Both the position numbers and the translations under genes were made by a program. DNA of 64,000 bases from Chthoniobacter flavus (lineage in GTDB: Bacteria > Verrucomicrobiota > Verrucomicrobiia > Chthoniobacterales > Chthoniobacteraceae). Position 1 is the first letter of the stretch; every line of letters starts with the position of its first letter. Location: positions 459-64,458 of the forward strand of contig CAMARB010000001.1 in NCBI GenBank assembly GCA_945860355.1, in the 5' to 3' direction. Positions 61,208 through 64,000 of this stretch are shown here, piece by piece. The notes below the pieces were generated by a model. That model was given only the letters and a program-made list of their open reading frames with translations, made no database searches and was not told the DNA's origin.

Positions 61208-64000
61208 ATGTTTCCCCGTCGCATCGTCATCGGTTCCTTGTTGTTCGGGTCGGCTCTGGGTTTGGCTCAGGAAACGCCCCCGGTTCCCGAAGCGCTCCTC
61301 TCCGAGGCGCGTCAGCTCATCTACGAGGGAAAACGCAGCGGGGAAGGCTATTTTCATCCCGACGGTAAACGGATGGTTTTCCAGAGCGAGCGGGATGAGG
61401 CCAACCCCTTCTATCAGATTTACCAGCTCGATCTGTTGTCGGGAGAAACCGCCAGGGTGTCTCCCGGGACCGGCAAAACCACCTGCGGATTCTTTCAGCC
61501 CGGCACCGGGCGCCTCCTGTTCTCGTCCACGCATCTGGATCCCAAGGCCTCGGCGAAGCAGGCCGCGGAGCTTGAATTCCGCGCATCGGGCAAGCTGCGC
61601 CGCTATTCGTGGGATTACGACCCGGAGATGGAGATTTTCTCCGCGCAGCAAGACGGCTCCGAAATCCGCCGTCTGACCGAGTCGCCCGGCTACGACGCCG
61701 AAGCCGCCTATTCCCCGGACGGAAAACAGATCGTTTTTTGTTCGTTGCGCGGGGCTTACCCGCTCGAAAAGCTCTCCGCCGAAGACAAAGCTCGTTTTGA
61801 AAAGGACCCGGCTTCCTTTGGCGAGATTTACATCATGAACGCCGATGGCAGCAACGTGCGCCAGCTGACCTCGGCGCCGGGCTACGACGGGGGACCGTTT
61901 TTCTCCCCGGACGGGCAACGCATCGTCTGGCGCCACTTTGACGCGCAGGGCATGCACGCCGACGTGTTCACCATGAAAACTGATGGCTCGGACGTGCGCC
62001 GGGTCACGGATTTTCAGTCCATGTCCTGGGCGCCCTTTTATCACCCCAGCGGGCAGTACGTGGTCTTCACCTCCAACAAGCTTGGGTTCGAAAATTTCGA
62101 GCTCTTCATCGTGGACAGCGAAGGCGCCCGGGAGCCGGTCCGCGTGACGTTCACCGAGGGGTTTGACGGGTTGCCCGTGTTCGCGCCCGACGGCAAACGG
62201 CTGAGCTGGACGTCGGCGCGGAACGCGGAAAAGAAATCCCAGGTATTTATCGCGAACTGGAACCACGAGGGCGCGCTCGCCGCGCTCGCTGCGGCGCCCT
62301 TGCGGAACGTCGGCGCCGCATCCCAAGGCGCTCCCGTTACGGCGCCCAAGCCGCAACCCGCGGCCGCCGAAGCCGTGGTGGCCCTGGTGGCCGTGGGGGG
62401 ATTGAACCTGCGGCCGGAGATTTCCTCGGGGGACCTTCGTCAGCAGGTCGACTGGCTTGCGGGCGGCGCACGGGAGGGCCGTGCAGCCGGCAGCCCGGGC
62501 GCGCTCCAGGCCGCCGAGTTCCTTGCGGGATACTTCAAGGGCTTGGGGTTGAAGCCGTCCTCAGACACCTTTTTCCAGCCGTTTGAGTTCGATGCGGGGG
62601 TGCGGGTGCTCGCCGAAAAAAATCAGCTCTCTTTCAGCTCCACGGCCCAAGGGGGCGCGAGCCCGTCCCCGTTCGTCATCGAGCAGGACTACCGGCCGCT
62701 TTCCTTCAGCGACAGCGGGGAGGTGGAGGGGGACGTCGTTTTTGCCGGATACGGTCTGTCGGTTCCGGAGGGGAACGGCACCCGGTACAACTCGTACGAC
62801 GGGCTCGACGTGAAAGACAAAGTCGTGCTGATGCTGCGGTATGTGCCCGAGGGCGCTTCGCCCCAGCGTCGGGCGCAGCTCAATCGCTACGCGGGGCTGC
62901 GTTACAAGGCGATGCTGGCTCGCGAGAGAGGCGCCAAGGCGGTGCTTTTCGTGGCCGGGCCTCAGTCGCCCCAGCCCGGGGAACTCATCCCGCTCAGTGG
63001 GGATGGAACCCTGGCGGGCTCGGGTATCCTGGCTCACTCGGTTTCCGGCAAGGTCGCCGCCGCGATGCTGGCTGCGGCGGGCAAAGATCTGAAAACGATT
63101 CAGTCGGAGCTCGATCAGGAAAACCCGCACGCGGAGGGGGCGTTTGCGCTCCCCCAGGTGCGTGCCCGTTTGGCGGTGGGGGTGGAGCGAATCAAAAAAA
63201 CCGACAGAAACGTCGTGGCCATTCTGCCGCCGACCCAGGGGGACGAATACATCGTGGTGGGCGCCCATTACGATCATCTGGGCCGCGGAAACGCCTCGAG
63301 TTCCATGGCGCGCGCGGGGGAGGAGGGCGCGGTGCATCCGGGGGCCGATGACAACGCCTCCGGGGTGGCCGTGGTGATGGAGCTCGCCGGAGCACTCGCA
63401 GCGGAGCGTGCGGCGCATCCTGAGAAGTTCCAGAGAGGCATCGTCTTCGGGCTTTGGTCGGGGGAAGAAATCGGGTTGATCGGTTCCGCCGCGTTCTGCG
63501 AGAACCCGCCGGTGGCGTTGGGGAAGATGGCGGCCTACTTCAATTTCGACATGGTGGGCAGGCTGCGCGAGAACAAGCTCACCATTCAAGGCGTGGGGTC
63601 CTCCAAGCTGTGGCGCAAACTCATCGAGAAGCGCAACGTGGCCGCCGGGTTCAACCTGGCTTTGCAGGACGACCCGTACCTGCCCACCGACACCACCAGC
63701 TTCTACCCAAGGCGGATTCCGGTGATGAATTTCTTCACCGGCGCGCACGAGGATTACCACCGGCCCAGTGATCTCGCCGACAAACTCAACTACGAAGGCG
63801 CCGAGCGGATCGCGGCTCTGGCCAAACAATTGATCCTGGATGTGGCCGGGGCCCCTGAAAAACCGGATCTGGCGCGCGTGGAGCGCAGCGATCAAGGCGG
63901 GGGCTCTCGGGAGACGCTTCGGGCGTATCTCGGGACCATTCCCGATTACGCGACGGAGGTGAAGGGGGTGAAAATCAGCGGCGCACGCGGGGGGAGCCCG
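61208..64000 (+). CDS. Secreted TolB-like beta-propeller + PA domain + M28 zinc-aminopeptidase fusion (3' end beyond the window)
   Basis: My own translation from ATG 61208 stays open to nt 64000, so the gene is absent from the ORF track. Signal peptide MFPRRIVIGSLLFGSALGLA. Repeated PD40/TolB motifs (YSPDGKQIVF, FFSPDGQRIVW, FAPDGKRLSW). M28 motifs VGAHYDHLG, GADDNASGVAVVMELA, WSGEEIGLIGS, NFDMVG. Confidence 0.85.
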   Translation, partial: MFPRRIVIGSLLFGSALGLAQETPPVPEALLSEARQLIYEGKRSGEGYFHPDGKRMVFQSERDEANPFYQIYQLDLLSGETARVSPGTGKTTCGFFQPGTGRLLFSSTHLDPKASAKQAAELEFRASGKLRRYSWDYDPEMEIFSAQQDGSEIRRLTESPGYDAEAAYSPDGKQIVFCSLRGAYPLEKLSAEDKARFEKDPASFGEIYIMNADGSNVRQLTSAPGYDGGPFFSPDGQRIVWRHFDAQGMHADVFTMKTDGSDVRRVTDFQSMSWAPFYHPSGQYVVFTSNKLGFENFELFIVDSEGAREPVRVTFTEGFDGLPVFAPDGKRLSWTSARNAEKKSQVFIANWNHEGALAALAAAPLRNVGAASQGAPVTAPKPQPAAAEAVVALVAVGGLNLRPEISSGDLRQQVDWLAGGAREGRAAGSPGALQAAEFLAGYFKGLGLKPSSDTFFQPFEFDAGVRVLAEKNQLSFSSTAQGGASPSPFVIEQDYRPLSFSDSGEVEGDVVFAGYGLSVPEGNGTRYNSYDGLDVKDKVVLMLRYVPEGASPQRRAQLNRYAGLRYKAMLARERGAKAVLFVAGPQSPQPGELIPLSGDGTLAGSGILAHSVSGKVAAAMLAAAGKDLKTIQSELDQENPHAEGAFALPQVRARLAVGVERIKKTDRNVVAILPPTQGDEYIVVGAHYDHLGRGNASSSMARAGEEGAVHPGADDNASGVAVVMELAGALAAERAAHPEKFQRGIVFGLWSGEEIGLIGSAAFCENPPVALGKMAAYFNFDMVGRLRENKLTIQGVGSSKLWRKLIEKRNVAAGFNLALQDDPYLPTDTTSFYPRRIPVMNFFTGAHEDYHRPSDLADKLNYEGAERIAALAKQLILDVAGAPEKPDLARVERSDQGGGSRETLRAYLGTIPDYATEVKGVKISGARGGSP

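Overview
This is a high-GC bacterial chromosomal segment. All functional calls come from reading motifs in the supplied translations and in my own translations; no database search was possible. The gene content suggests a Verrucomicrobia/Planctomycetes-type (PVC) organism, which is inference only. That content includes FecR+LamG anti-sigma factors, DUF1080 proteins, an RNI-type LRR protein, kinase-like proteins fused to an FGE-sulfatase domain or a zinc ribbon, a GspG-like prepilin and a histone-H1-like KAAP-repeat protein. I support about 55 protein genes, 2 tRNAs (Cys-GCA and Arg-UCU, convergent, bracketing 22.0-31.4 kb), several tandem repeats and a few intrinsic terminators. I saw no rRNA, CRISPR, transposase, integrase or prophage genes. 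The left third is mostly housekeeping: cysS, ispF, gmk, yicC, trpB, rnhB, rplS, tadA, queA and hemL. Two real genes touch the window edges and are missing from the ORF track: a 32-codon N-terminus at 1-98 (-) and a >930-codon TolB-propeller/M28 peptidase from 61208 to the right edge (+). I recognise no clear-cut novel system such as a defence island. The loci most worth a second look are listed below.
- A T2SS/T4P-hybrid gene set at 54.1-61 kb: two GspE/PilB-type ATPases around a PilT, plus GspF and one GspG-like pilin, with no secretin or peptidase nearby.
- An ECF sigma/anti-sigma pair at 22.4-31.3 kb, surrounded by a secreted LRR protein, DUF1080 proteins, a protease-DUF1080-transglutaminase-like fusion and a zinc-ribbon pseudokinase.
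- A translationally coupled operon encoding a fused clan-GH-A hydrolase/GT2/membrane protein, a GT87-like GT-C protein and queA.
- A bactofilin pair in which one member carries two N-terminal zinc ribbons.
- An in-frame TGA in a disulfide oxidoreductase gene.
- An orphan SPPY DNA methyltransferase fused into an ABC-permease operon.
- A perfect 10-bp tandem array next to tRNA-Cys.
- A PQQ dehydrogenase with an internally inserted cytochrome c module.
The many long ORFs antisense to these genes are high-GC artefacts.
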